Shown here piece by piece: positions 24,931 to 34,537 of a stretch of DNA of 36,372 nucleotides. The stretch spans positions 1-36,372 of the forward strand of contig RGAU01000001.1 of NCBI GenBank assembly GCA_009919975.1, written 5' to 3'. A program made the position numbers and the translations under genes. Position 1 is the first letter of the stretch. Each line of letters starts with the position of its first letter. This DNA comes from Gammaproteobacteria bacterium. GTDB taxonomy: Bacteria > Pseudomonadota > Gammaproteobacteria > Pseudomonadales > Azotimanducaceae. Below the pieces are notes generated by a model. The model worked only from the letters and a program-made list of their open reading frames with translations, did no database searches and was not told where the DNA came from.

Positions 24931-26070
24931 ATGGCAACCGCGTTGACCTTTGATCCCGTCACCCTTCCGCCGGCGGCGGAGGCGCTCCGCAGCGAAGTTC
25001 GGCAGTTTGTGGCCGAAACCCTCGGCAATGAGCGCCGCCGTAACTCGGACTTTGGGGCGAGCCACGACCCGGAGTTCAGTCGCGCCCTGGGGCAGCGGGG
25101 GTGGATTGGCATGACCTGGCCCACAAAGTACGGCGGGGGCGGGCGCAGCTTCTTTGAGCGCTACGTGATGACGGAAGAGCTCCTGGCCGCCGGTGCCCCC
25201 GTGGGCGCGCACTGGATTGCCGACCGGCAAAGCGGCCCCCTGCTGCTGCGCTATGGCACGGAAGCGCAGCGCGAGTTCTTTCTACCGAAGATCATCGCCG
25301 GGGAATGTTTCTTCTCCATTGGCATGAGCGAGCCCGACTCGGGCTCGGATTTGGCCTCCGTGCGCACTACCGCTACCCCCGTGGAGGGGGGCTGGCTGGT
25401 CAATGGCACCAAGCTTTGGAGCAGCGGCGCCCATCGCAATCACTATATGATTACCCTCGTGCGCACGCCCACGGAATCCGAGAGTCGCCATGCGGGCCTC
25501 TCCCAGCTCATCGTGGATTTGCGCAACGCCTCGGGCCTCACCGTTCGCCCCATCACCAATCTCGCGGGGGACGCGGAATTTAACGAGGTGGTCTTCGAGG
25601 ACTGCTTTGTCCCTGCCGATCGCCTCGTGGGAGAGCCGGGGAACGGCTGGGAACAGGTTACCAGTGAGCTCGGCTACGAGCGCAGTGGTCCCGAGCGTTT
25701 CCTTTCTGCCTTCCGGGTCTTTGTGGAGCTGCTCCGGGAAGTGGGGCCGAAACCCACGGACCATCAGGCAGCGGTGCTTGGCCGCATGGCGGCGCACATG
25801 ATGACGCTGAGAAATATGTCGATCTCCGTGGCGGGCATGCTGGAAAGCAATCGGAACCCCGTGGTGGAAGCGGCCCTCGTGAAGGAGCTGGGCAATAACT
25901 TTGAACGGGAAGTGCCGGAGATCGCGCGCCTCGTGGCTCCCGGCGGGGGCTCGGCGCTGTTCAGGCAAACCCTCGAAGACACTATCCTGCACGCCCCGTC
26001 CTTCACCATCCGAGGCGGTACGCGAGAGATTCTCCGGGGCATGATTGCGCGAGGCTTGGGGCTACGATGA
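24931..26070 (+). CDS. Acyl-CoA dehydrogenase family protein (probable catalytic subunit)
   Basis: 379 aa with the ACAD fold pattern (…CFFSIGMSEPDSGSDLASV.T.A……GTKLWSSGA…). A Glu in LGYERSG aligns by eye with the IVD/LCAD-type catalytic base. The MCAD position reads RGG instead of YEG. Confidence 0.9.
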   Translation: MATALTFDPVTLPPAAEALRSEVRQFVAETLGNERRRNSDFGASHDPEFSRALGQRGWIGMTWPTKYGGGGRSFFERYVMTEELLAAGAPVGAHWIADRQSGPLLLRYGTEAQREFFLPKIIAGECFFSIGMSEPDSGSDLASVRTTATPVEGGWLVNGTKLWSSGAHRNHYMITLVRTPTESESRHAGLSQLIVDLRNASGLTVRPITNLAGDAEFNEVVFEDCFVPADRLVGEPGNGWEQVTSELGYERSGPERFLSAFRVFVELLREVGPKPTDHQAAVLGRMAAHMMTLRNMSISVAGMLESNRNPVVEAALVKELGNNFEREVPEIARLVAPGGGSALFRQTLEDTILHAPSFTIRGGTREILRGMIARGLGLR

Positions 26071-27092
26071 ACGAAACAACGCAGCTGATGCTGGAATCGG
26101 CGGAGCGGCTCCTTCGGGATGCCTGTCCCAAGGCCGTGGTGGATCAGGTGGAGGCAGGACAGCGCCCGGACGCGCTTTGGACCGAGCTGGAAGCCCTGGG
26201 GCTCCTCAGCGCCTGCGTGCCGGAGGCGCAGGGCGGTGTGGGCCTTCCTCTGGCGGAAGGTCTCACCCTGTTGCGCCTCGCGGGACGCTATGCGGTCCCC
26301 GTGCCCTTCGCGGAGACGCTGCTTGGCCGGGCCCTGGCGGTGGAGGCAGGGCTGCCGGAGGTTTTGGAAGGGATGATGACCATCGCCGTGCCCGCGGTTC
26401 AAGGGAACGGTTATGCTTCCGTGCCCTTTGCCCCCTGGGCCCGGTGGGTGCTCGTCGCCCAGGAGGCACCGGACGGCTCGGTGAGCTTCCAGTGCCTGCC
26501 CCAGGAACAGCTGACCTTTAGCGAGCCGCGCAAGGGCCTCGCGGGGGAGCCGGAGGCGCTCCTGCTGGGGGGTGCCGGGAAGGGATCGAGCTTCTCTTCG
26601 CCCCTGGCGCCGACCTTGGCCAGGCTTCAGGGCCTGCTCGCGCTGAGCCGCGCGGTGATGATGGCCGGGGCTCTGGAAAGTGCCCTTGATTTAAGCGTTG
26701 CCTATGCCCTTGAGCGGAAGCAGTTCGGCCGGGAAATCGCCAAGTTCCAGGCGGTGCAGCAGCAGCTGGCGGTGCTCACGGGGGAGGTCGCGGCCGCGCT
26801 CCGGGCCGCCGACGCGGGGCTTGAGGCCCTGGGTTCCCCCCGGGAAGCGACGGCCTGGGCCGTCGCCAAGGCCCGGGCCGGGGAAGCGGCCGGCAAGGGC
26901 GCTGAGATTGCGCACCAGGTGCACGGCGCCATGGGCTTTACCCACGAGCATCAGCTTCACCATCGCACCCGGCGCCTCTGGTGCTGGCGCGACCAGCATG
27001 GGCATGAGGCTTACTGGCAGGCCGTCCTCGGCCGAGCCCTCTGCGCTGCCGGCGCTGATGCCCTTTGGCCGGAGCTGACGGGCTCCGCCTAG
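26067..27092 (+). CDS. Acyl-CoA dehydrogenase-like protein (probable non-catalytic partner subunit)
   Basis: 341 aa with an ACAD C-terminal domain pattern (AYALERKQFGREIAKFQAVQQQLA…HGAMGFT.EH.LH..TRR). Neither position where I looked for the base has a Glu (LARL and QHG). ATGA overlap with the upstream ACAD. Confidence 0.8.
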   Translation: MNETTQLMLESAERLLRDACPKAVVDQVEAGQRPDALWTELEALGLLSACVPEAQGGVGLPLAEGLTLLRLAGRYAVPVPFAETLLGRALAVEAGLPEVLEGMMTIAVPAVQGNGYASVPFAPWARWVLVAQEAPDGSVSFQCLPQEQLTFSEPRKGLAGEPEALLLGGAGKGSSFSSPLAPTLARLQGLLALSRAVMMAGALESALDLSVAYALERKQFGREIAKFQAVQQQLAVLTGEVAAALRAADAGLEALGSPREATAWAVAKARAGEAAGKGAEIAHQVHGAMGFTHEHQLHHRTRRLWCWRDQHGHEAYWQAVLGRALCAAGADALWPELTGSA

Positions 27093-27130
27093 CCGCTCGC
27101 GTCGTCCAGCGCCATCGCTTAGGAGACCCC

Positions 27131-28555
27131 ATGCCTGCCCCCCAGCTGGTTTGGTTTCGCAACGACCTTCGGGTCGCGGATCATCGGGCCCTGGCCGCGG
27201 CGGCGGCCGCGGGGCCCGTGCACGCCGTATTTCTTAAGGCCGAGGCGCAGTGGAAGGCCCATGGCGTAGGCGCTAATCGCCTCGCCTTTCTTGCGCGAAA
27301 CCTGCGTGCCCTCGCCGAGGCCCTGGGCGCGCTGGGCATTCCCTTCACGGTCCTCGAGGCGCCGCGCTTCCGCGATGCCCCGGGGGTACTGCTGCCCTGG
27401 GCCCAGGCCCAGGGGGCGGCGGCGCTCCACTTCAACGATGAGTACCCCTTAAACGAGCGGCGGCGAGATGACGCGGTGGCCCGGGCCTTTGCCCAAGCGG
27501 GGGTGGCGGTCCATCGCTATACCGATAGCGTCCTTGCGGCCCCGGGCACCCTGAAAACGGGGCAGGGCGGCCCCTACACGGTGTTTACCCCCTTTAAGCG
27601 GCGCTGGCTGGCGATGCTTGACCTGCCCACCGTGGCGCCCCTGGCCCCGCCCAAGCCCCAGGGGCCGGTTCGTCCCCTAGCGCCCGCCCTAGAGGATGCC
27701 ATGACCCTCGCCGGTGCCGCGGCTTCTGCCGTGCCCGGGGAGCTTTGGCCCGGGGGGGAGGGGGAAGCGCACCGACGCTTGACCCAGTTCCTCGCCGAGG
27801 CGGCCCTGCGCTATGACAGCCAGCGCGATTTTCCCGCGGTTACCGGCACCAGTGCGCTCTCACCCTATCTGTCCCTGGGCGTGCTATCCCCGCGGCAGGC
27901 CCTGGGCGCGCTCCTTGCGGCTTTCCCCGATGCCCTGGAGGGGTCGGGCGGCCCCAGCATTTGGCTTTCCGAACTGATTTGGCGCGAGTTCTATCGCCAT
28001 GTGGTCGCAGCCTTCGATCACGTTTCGAAGGGCGAGGCCTTCCGCCCCGCCTTTGCGAAGCTTCCCTGGCGCCAGGATCCCGAGGGCCTTGCAGCCTGGA
28101 AAGAGGGTCGCACGGGCCTTCCCTTGGTTGATGCGGGTATGCGGGAGCTGGCGGCTACGGGGTGGATGCACAACCGGGTGCGTATGGCGGTGGCCATGTT
28201 CCTCACGAAGAACTTGCTGATTGATTGGCACCTCGGGGAAGCCCATTTCATGGATCAGCTGGTGGACGGCGACTTCGCTGCCAACAACGGCGGCTGGCAA
28301 TGGAGTGCCGCTACGGGCACGGACGCGGCCCCCTATTTTCGGGTGTTCAATCCCGTGACCCAAAGCCAGCGCTTTGATCCCGAGGGCCATTACCTCCGGC
28401 GCTGGGTGCCGGAGCTTGCGGGCCTCGATGCGCGTTCGATCCACGAACCCTGGCGCTACGCCGGCGGCCCGAAGGCCTATCCCAAGCCCTTGGTCGATCT
28501 GAAAGCGAGCCGGGAGCGGGCCATCGCCCACTTCAAGGCCCACGCCGCCGGCTAG
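27131..28555 (+). CDS. phrB: Deoxyribodipyrimidine photolyase (class I CPD photolyase)
   Basis: MPAPQLVWFRNDLRVADHRAL… start at ATG 27131 with AGGAG at 27121-27125. The conserved C-terminal block is TGWMHNRVRM…DGDFAANNGGWQW.A.TGTDAAPYFRVFNP. Confidence 0.92.
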   Translation: MPAPQLVWFRNDLRVADHRALAAAAAAGPVHAVFLKAEAQWKAHGVGANRLAFLARNLRALAEALGALGIPFTVLEAPRFRDAPGVLLPWAQAQGAAALHFNDEYPLNERRRDDAVARAFAQAGVAVHRYTDSVLAAPGTLKTGQGGPYTVFTPFKRRWLAMLDLPTVAPLAPPKPQGPVRPLAPALEDAMTLAGAAASAVPGELWPGGEGEAHRRLTQFLAEAALRYDSQRDFPAVTGTSALSPYLSLGVLSPRQALGALLAAFPDALEGSGGPSIWLSELIWREFYRHVVAAFDHVSKGEAFRPAFAKLPWRQDPEGLAAWKEGRTGLPLVDAGMRELAATGWMHNRVRMAVAMFLTKNLLIDWHLGEAHFMDQLVDGDFAANNGGWQWSAATGTDAAPYFRVFNPVTQSQRFDPEGHYLRRWVPELAGLDARSIHEPWRYAGGPKAYPKPLVDLKASRERAIAHFKAHAAG

Positions 28556-28580
28556 CCATCCCCTGCCAGGGCTCTATAAT
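28553..28580 (+). promoter_or_regulatory. Candidate sigma70 promoter for tesB
   Basis: TAGCCA (28553-28558), a 16-nt spacer, then a perfect TATAAT (28575-28580), 35 nt upstream of the tesB ATG. Motif match only. Confidence 0.3.
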
Positions 28581-28614
28581 CCGCGCCCGGACACCTAGGA
28601 CGGTCGGAGGCCCT

Positions 28615-29472
28615 ATGCACGCTGCGGTGGAAGAGCTACTTACGCTCCTAGAGCTTGAGCCCGTGGAACGCTACCTGTTTCGCGCGCAAAACGAGCGGGC
28701 GGCGGGTCCCCGAATCTTTGGGGGACAGGTGCTGGCCCAGGCCCTTCGCGCCGCTGCCCTCACCGTGGAGGGGCTAGAGCCCCATTCGCTCCATGCCTAC
28801 TTTCTGCGCCCCGGGGATTCCAAGCATCCCCTGCTGCTTGAAGTGGAGCCCATTCGCGACGGTAAAAGCTTCTGCACGCGCCGGGTGCGGGTGATCCAGC
28901 GGGGGGAGGCGATCTTTAGCATGTCCGCCTCCTTCCAGGTTCAGGAGGAGGGGCTCGAGCACCATGCCGACATGCCCGCCTGGCCCAAGCCTGAGGCCCT
29001 GGAGGATGACGTGCAGGTCGCCCGTCGCCTCGAGGGAAAGGATCCGAACGTCATGCCCTGGGCCGTGCGGGAGCGAGCCTTTGAGTCCCGGGCCGTTTAT
29101 GGCTTCGGGGCGCCCCCGCCGGAGGCCCCGGTGAAGCCAGCCTGGTATCGGCTTCGGAGCGCGCTCGATCATCCGCCGATCATCCATGCGTGCCTGTTGG
29201 CCTACGTCTCCGATATGGGGCTCATGTCCACCTCCCTCGTGCCCCACATGGCCACCACGCCCCGGGCCCACATCATTGGGGCCAGCCTTGATCACGCCAT
29301 GTGGTTTCACCGACCCTTCCGAGTGGACGATTGGCTGCTCCACGATCGGGACAGCCCCGCGGCTCGCGGTGGTCGCGGGTTCAATCGCGGCAGTTTCTTC
29401 GATCAAGGCGGGCAGCTTGTGGCCTCTACGGCGCAGGAAAGTCTGATTCGCGTGCGTCGGGACCAGGAGTAG
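28615..29472 (+). CDS. tesB: Acyl-CoA thioesterase II
   Basis: 285 aa with LLELEP.E…FRA……IFGGQVLAQAL.AA…HSLHAYFLRPGD…P…VE.IRDGKSF.TRRV, the classic TesB pattern. Confidence 0.9.
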   Translation: MHAAVEELLTLLELEPVERYLFRAQNERAAGPRIFGGQVLAQALRAAALTVEGLEPHSLHAYFLRPGDSKHPLLLEVEPIRDGKSFCTRRVRVIQRGEAIFSMSASFQVQEEGLEHHADMPAWPKPEALEDDVQVARRLEGKDPNVMPWAVRERAFESRAVYGFGAPPPEAPVKPAWYRLRSALDHPPIIHACLLAYVSDMGLMSTSLVPHMATTPRAHIIGASLDHAMWFHRPFRVDDWLLHDRDSPAARGGRGFNRGSFFDQGGQLVASTAQESLIRVRRDQE

Positions 29473-29475
29473 GTT

Positions 29476-30102
29476 GTGAACGATGCGCTCGGCGAGGCCG
29501 GCCTGTGGGAAAGTCGCTACCAAAGTGGGGAAGACCTCTTTGGGGCGAAGCCGAATGCCTTCTTCCTGGAAGCCCTTCAGGCCCGGCCCCCGGGCCGGCT
29601 CCTGCTGCCCGGGGAAGGAGAAGGGCGCAATGCGCTGGCGGCCCTACGCCTGGGTTGGGAGGTCTGTGCCTTTGATCTTTCTCCCACGGCGCGGGATCGC
29701 GCCCGGATCCGAGCCGAGGCCCTGGGAAAGACCCTAAGCTATGAACTGGGCGCTCTGCCTGAGCTGCCCGAGGCCGTCCCCTTCTCCGAGCCCTTTGATT
29801 TGATCGCGGTGATCTTCGTCCACCTGCCCGCAGCCGTGCGACGAGCGGCCCACCAAGCCTTAGCTGCTCGCCTCGCTCCCGGCGGTACGCTCTTAATTCA
29901 AAGCTTTGCGCCGAAGCAGGCGGCCAATCCATCCATGGGGCCGAACAGCACGGCGCGCCTAGCTTCCCCGGGGACCCTCGCTCGGGATTGCCGGGGTCTT
30001 GAGGTGCTGCGCGCCCAGGAGCGAGAGGTGGTCCTCGATGAGGGTCCCCTGCATACCGGGCCGGCTTCCGTGGTGGAATTTCTGGCCCAGCGCCCCCGTT
30101 AG
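29476..30102 (+). CDS. Class I SAM-dependent methyltransferase
   Basis: GTG start with AGGAG 6 nt upstream. The motif I-like sequence is RLLLPGEGEGRNALAALRLGWEVCAFDLS. 208 aa. Confidence 0.7.
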   Translation: MNDALGEAGLWESRYQSGEDLFGAKPNAFFLEALQARPPGRLLLPGEGEGRNALAALRLGWEVCAFDLSPTARDRARIRAEALGKTLSYELGALPELPEAVPFSEPFDLIAVIFVHLPAAVRRAAHQALAARLAPGGTLLIQSFAPKQAANPSMGPNSTARLASPGTLARDCRGLEVLRAQEREVVLDEGPLHTGPASVVEFLAQRPR

Positions 30103-31175
30103 AAACCGTTCGCCCAGGTCAGCTGGCTATTCGCCAGGGCGAGCTGGAGATCCAGCTGCTGGGCTGGATCATCGGGGAAGGGAAGGTGCGTCGACGGCGC
30201 CGGAAGGCGGTTTAAGGTGGCATCCAAGGCGTAGCTTTCCCCTTCGAAAAACACCACGTTCCAGGCGTGAAGGCCGTAGCCCGTGCCCTCAGCATTCAGC
30301 GCAAGGCCCAGCCGCGTGCTGTTCTCGAAGCCCGCCTCATCGAGGGCGAGCTGGAGTAGGGCGGCGAATTCGTAGCAGTCCCCGGCGGCGTTCGGCGGCA
30401 AATTCTCTAGCTTGGGAAGGTAGGCGCCCGGTACGTAGCGCAGCTGCGCCCGGACCCCTTCCATGGCTAGCGTCAAGGGGGCCCGCAGGGCCTCCGGGAC
30501 CGGAGGCGCGGCCTGGGGCATGAGGAGCACCGCATCCGCCGTCGGTGACCCCTGGGGCAGGGCCGCCGAGGGGGGCCAGAGCCGAGCCGCGGGGCCGGAA
30601 AGGCGTAGGGGCCGGGGCTCGCCCCCGAGAAAAGCGGGGCCCGGGGCCAGGGGAAGGCTCAGCGGTGCAAGGGTCGGGGGCGCTTCGGGAAGCGCGGGCG
30701 CCTGCGCGACCTGCTGCAGTAGAAAGCTTTCCCCCCGACGGAGCGACAAAAGCCCGCCCTGTTCGTCCAGTACGGCCCCCTCCGCCCCCGCTGTGATGGC
30801 CCCGGCCAGCCAGGCCTCGAGGGTTTCCGGCGAGCGCAGGGGCTGGCGGAAGAGGGCGCCCTGAGGCAGCTGGACCCGCTGCTGTCCGTGAAGGAGCTCA
30901 TGGGGCGGCGCAAGGCGGTAGCGGTAGTCGCGTTCGGTTCGCAGCCGGCCGCCCCCGGGGGGATCGACAATGCTCACGATGGCAATGGAGAGGCTATCCC
31001 CCTGGACTTCTCGGCGCACCGTGAGGCGTCCCGCTAAGGTGCCCCCCAGGCGCAGCTCGTAGTGGGTTTCGGCGCCCCGGGCGAGGAGCTGCTCCGGGGC
31101 CGAGGACTCGGCGCAGCCCGCGAGTAAGAGGAGCCCGAGGCAGACACCGAAGGCTCGGCGGGGGACCTTTCCCAT
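30099..31175 (-). CDS. Lipoprotein with a C-terminal transglutaminase-like cysteine protease core
   Basis: It has a lipobox (LLLAG-C). A Cys/His/Asp arrangement is present (GDCYEFA … LHAWNVV … ALDAT). I do not recognise the roughly 250-aa N-terminal part. Confidence 0.65.
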   Translation of the reverse strand: MGKVPRRAFGVCLGLLLLAGCAESSAPEQLLARGAETHYELRLGGTLAGRLTVRREVQGDSLSIAIVSIVDPPGGGRLRTERDYRYRLAPPHELLHGQQRVQLPQGALFRQPLRSPETLEAWLAGAITAGAEGAVLDEQGGLLSLRRGESFLLQQVAQAPALPEAPPTLAPLSLPLAPGPAFLGGEPRPLRLSGPAARLWPPSAALPQGSPTADAVLLMPQAAPPVPEALRAPLTLAMEGVRAQLRYVPGAYLPKLENLPPNAAGDCYEFAALLQLALDEAGFENSTRLGLALNAEGTGYGLHAWNVVFFEGESYALDATLNRLPAPSTHLPFPDDPAQQLDLQLALANSQLTWANGF

Positions 31176-31246
31176 GGCTTGTCTTCTTCCAACCGAAGGG
31201 AAGGATTAGACTAGCGCGCTTTCCTAGGAAGACGAAGGCACCCCCC

Positions 31247-32920
31247 ATGGACGAACGTCCCGAAAGCGCCGGTCCCGATCATTTCATCGCCCAGCGTATC
31301 CGGAAGGACCAGGCTCAGGGTAAGCACGGGGGCGCCGTGATTACGCGCTTTCCCCCGGAGCCCAATGGCTACCTGCACCTCGGGCACGCCAAATCCATCT
31401 GTCTGAATTTCGGCATGGCCGAGGTTTTTGCGGGGCACTGCAACCTTCGCCTGGATGACACGAACCCCGCGAAGGAGTCTTCCCACTACGCCGAGGCCAT
31501 CGAGCGAGACGTCACCTGGCTCGGCTTTTCCTTCGGCGCCGGGCCGCTTCACGCCTCGGACTACTTTGAGCGCATCTACGAATGCGCTGAAGCGCTCATC
31601 GGAAAGGGGCTGGCCTATGTGGACAGCCAGGATCAGGAAGCCATTCGCGCTCAGCGCGGCACGCTCACGGAGCCTGGGTCCGAAAGCCCCTTTCGAAACC
31701 GCAGCATTGAGGAGAACCTCGCCCTCTTTCGCGCCATGCGCGCCGGAGACTTTGAGGATGGGGCTCACGTGCTTCGGGCGAAGATCGATATGGGCTCTCC
31801 GAACCTGAACCTTCGGGATCCCGTGCTGTACCGGATTCGGCGTATGGCGCACCAGCGGACCGGAGATGCCTGGTGCATCTACCCCATGTATGACTACACG
31901 CACTGCCTCTCCGACGCCTTCGAAGGCATCACCCATTCCCTATGCACCCTCGAGTTCGAGGATCACCGCCCTCTCTACGATTGGGTGCTGGACCAATTCT
32001 CCTGGGAGGTGCGTCCTCAGCAGATCGAATTTAGCCGCCTGGAGCTGGAATACACCGTGCTTTCCAAGCGCCACCTGAACGCGCTGGTGACGGAAGGACA
32101 TGTGGAGGGCTGGGATGACCCGCGCATGCCGACCCTCGCGGGGCTTCGACGCCGTGGCGTGCCGCCGGCGGCGCTGAAGGATTTCTGCGTGCGCATTGGA
32201 ATTACGAAGAGCGACGGCACGGTGGAGATGGCGTTGCTCGAGCGCTGCATTCGAGATGCGCTGGAGAGCGCCCCCCGGGCCCTTGCGGTGTTGCGGCCTC
32301 TGCCCGTGGAGCTGCTGAACTATCCGGAGGACGGGGAAGAATGGTTCGAGGCGCCCCTGCACCCGAAGGATCCGGAGGGCGCGTCCCGGCGCATACCTTT
32401 TGGGCGCCACCTGCTCATTGAAAGCGATGACTTCGAAGAAATTCCCCCGAAGAAGTACAAGCGCCTGTCCCCTGGGGCGGAGGTGCGCCTGCGCCACGGC
32501 TACGTGATTCGATGCGAGCGCTTTGACGCTGATGCGGAGGGGCGGCCGACTAAGCTCTACTGCACCGTGGATTTGGAAAGCCGAGCCGGCGGCGCCAACG
32601 CCGAGAAGAAGGTGAAGGGGGTCATCCATTGGGTGAGCGCAACCCACGCCCTCGACGCCGAAGTTCGCCTTTATGATCGCCTCTTCACGGATCCGGACCC
32701 TTCCGGAATCAAAACGGAAGGGGGCTTCCGGGATGTGCTGAATCCCGACTCCCTAGCGCGCTGCTCCGCGAAGCTGGAGCCCGCCCTTGGATCCTTGGTT
32801 CCGGGGGAGGTGGTGCAGTTTGAGCGCCTAGGGTACTTCTGCCCGGACGAGGACAGCACGGATGCGGCGCGGCGCTTTAACCGCACCATCACGCTGCGCG
32901 ACACCTGGGGGGGCAAGTGA
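31247..32920 (+). CDS. glnS: Glutamine--tRNA ligase
   Basis: 557 aa with the HIGH region RFPPEPNGYLHLGHAKS, a KMSKS-like VLSKR, and overall GlnRS colinearity. Confidence 0.95.
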   Translation: MDERPESAGPDHFIAQRIRKDQAQGKHGGAVITRFPPEPNGYLHLGHAKSICLNFGMAEVFAGHCNLRLDDTNPAKESSHYAEAIERDVTWLGFSFGAGPLHASDYFERIYECAEALIGKGLAYVDSQDQEAIRAQRGTLTEPGSESPFRNRSIEENLALFRAMRAGDFEDGAHVLRAKIDMGSPNLNLRDPVLYRIRRMAHQRTGDAWCIYPMYDYTHCLSDAFEGITHSLCTLEFEDHRPLYDWVLDQFSWEVRPQQIEFSRLELEYTVLSKRHLNALVTEGHVEGWDDPRMPTLAGLRRRGVPPAALKDFCVRIGITKSDGTVEMALLERCIRDALESAPRALAVLRPLPVELLNYPEDGEEWFEAPLHPKDPEGASRRIPFGRHLLIESDDFEEIPPKKYKRLSPGAEVRLRHGYVIRCERFDADAEGRPTKLYCTVDLESRAGGANAEKKVKGVIHWVSATHALDAEVRLYDRLFTDPDPSGIKTEGGFRDVLNPDSLARCSAKLEPALGSLVPGEVVQFERLGYFCPDEDSTDAARRFNRTITLRDTWGGK

Positions 32921-34104
32921 GTTCGGCCCCCGGCGCGCTCTCGCACCTCAAGGTGCTGGAGCTGGGCCAGCTCATTGCCGGGCCCTTCTGTGGCCAGCTG
33001 CTCGGGGATATGGGCGCGGACGTCATCAAGATCGAAGCCCCCGGGGTAGGCGACCCCATGCGCAGCTGGGGGCAGGGCAAGCCCGTGTGGTGGTCCGTAA
33101 TTGGGCGCAACAAGCGCTCCGTGACTCTGGATCTTCGCAAGCCCGCGGGTCGCGAAGTGCTCAAAACCCTCGCCGCCGACGCCGATATCCTTATTGAGAA
33201 CTTTCGCCCGGGAACGCTGGAGAAGTGGGACCTGTCCCCGGAGGCCCTGCGGGCCCTGAACCCGCGCCTTATCATCGTTCGCGTCAGCGGCTTTGGGCAG
33301 ACCGGCCCCTACGCGAAGCGTGCGGGCTACGGCTCCATCGGGGAAGCGATGGGGGGCATGCGCTACCTTGCCGGGGATCCGGACCGGCCCCCGAGCCGGG
33401 TGGGTCTATCGATTGGCGATGCGCTGGCGGCCACCTTTGCTTGCCTGGGGGCGCTAACGGCCCTTGAGCATCGGAATCAGACGGGGCAGGGGCAGGTGGT
33501 GGATTCGGCGATCTACGAGGCCGTGCTGGCCATGATGGAAAGCACGGTGCCGGAATACACGGAAGCCGGGGTGATCCGGGAGCGCACCGGCGCCATCCTG
33601 CCTAAGATCGCTCCCTCGAATGTCTATCCCACGGCCAGCGGCGAGATGGTGCTGATTGGCGCGAACCAGGATTCGGTCTTTGCCCGTTTGGCGGAAGCCA
33701 TGGGCATGCCGGAGCTGGCCGCGGATGCGCGCTATGCCAGCCACACCGCCCGGGGAGAGCATCAGGAGGAACTGGATCTGCGCATCGCCGAGTGGACCAG
33801 CGGTTTTTCGGCGGATGCCCTTCTGGCGCTTTGCGAGGACCACGGCGTGCCCGCGGGACGCATCTACCGGGTGCCAGACATGCTCGCCGATCCCCAATAC
33901 CAGGCTCGGGAATCCATTGTTCCCGTGCCCGACCCCACCTATCCTGGGCTCAAAATGCAGAATGTCTTTCCCCGGCTCTCCGAGACCCCAGGGCGTATTC
34001 GGTGGCCCGGACCGGGCCTCGGGGCCCACACGGAGGCCGTGCTCGACGCCCACGGCTACGACGCTGAGGCCCGGGCCGCGCTGCGCCGGGACGGGGTGAT
34101 TTAG
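32917..34104 (+). CDS. Family III CoA-transferase (CaiB/BaiF family)
   Basis: LKVLELGQLIAGPFCGQLLGDMGADVIKIE.PG.GDP.R is the family N-terminal signature. The GTG start overlaps the glnS stop as GTGA (32917-32920). Confidence 0.9.
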   Translation: MSSAPGALSHLKVLELGQLIAGPFCGQLLGDMGADVIKIEAPGVGDPMRSWGQGKPVWWSVIGRNKRSVTLDLRKPAGREVLKTLAADADILIENFRPGTLEKWDLSPEALRALNPRLIIVRVSGFGQTGPYAKRAGYGSIGEAMGGMRYLAGDPDRPPSRVGLSIGDALAATFACLGALTALEHRNQTGQGQVVDSAIYEAVLAMMESTVPEYTEAGVIRERTGAILPKIAPSNVYPTASGEMVLIGANQDSVFARLAEAMGMPELAADARYASHTARGEHQEELDLRIAEWTSGFSADALLALCEDHGVPAGRIYRVPDMLADPQYQARESIVPVPDPTYPGLKMQNVFPRLSETPGRIRWPGPGLGAHTEAVLDAHGYDAEARAALRRDGVI

Positions 34105-34135
34105 CTTTTTTATTAAAACGAGGGAGGGAAGGCCC

Positions 34136-34537
34136 ATGGCCGTGGAACTGAAAAAGGACAGCATCGATTTAGGCATCGTGACCCGGGATGCGGGCCCCAT
34201 GGTGGCCTTTTATCGGGATCTTCTGGGCTTTAGCGATGAAGGGCAGATGCCCATGCCCAACATCGGCACCATGACCCGGCTGCGCTGCGGCACGAGCCTC
34301 ATCAAAATCGTTGAGGCGACGCCGAAAAGCGATGCGGCTCCGGGAGGCATTGTGGGGAGCACGGGCTACCGTTATTGGACCATGACCGTGACGAACCTCG
34401 AGGCCTTGGTCGACAGCCTCAAGGCAGCTGAGGTTTCCGTGATCATTCCCGTCACGGAACTTCGCCCGGGTATTCGCATTGCCATGGTTGCCGACCCGGA
34501 CGGTAACTGGGTCGAGTTCCTCGAAGAAGCGGCGTGA
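34136..34537 (+). CDS. VOC-family (glyoxalase/bleomycin-resistance/dioxygenase) protein
   Basis: 133 aa with …DLGIVTRDAGPMVAFYRDLLGF… and …IAMVADPDGNWVEFLE. GAGGGAGGGAAGG lies upstream. Confidence 0.8.
   Translation: MAVELKKDSIDLGIVTRDAGPMVAFYRDLLGFSDEGQMPMPNIGTMTRLRCGTSLIKIVEATPKSDAAPGGIVGSTGYRYWTMTVTNLEALVDSLKAAEVSVIIPVTELRPGIRIAMVADPDGNWVEFLEEAA

Noticed and set aside
27131-28555. Functional link between photolyase and the FO synthase (FO/8-HDF as the photolyase antenna chromophore).
   Set aside because: The genes are 23 kb apart and on different strands. The photolyase looks colinear with the E. coli (MTHF-type) enzyme. The antenna type cannot be decided by eye.
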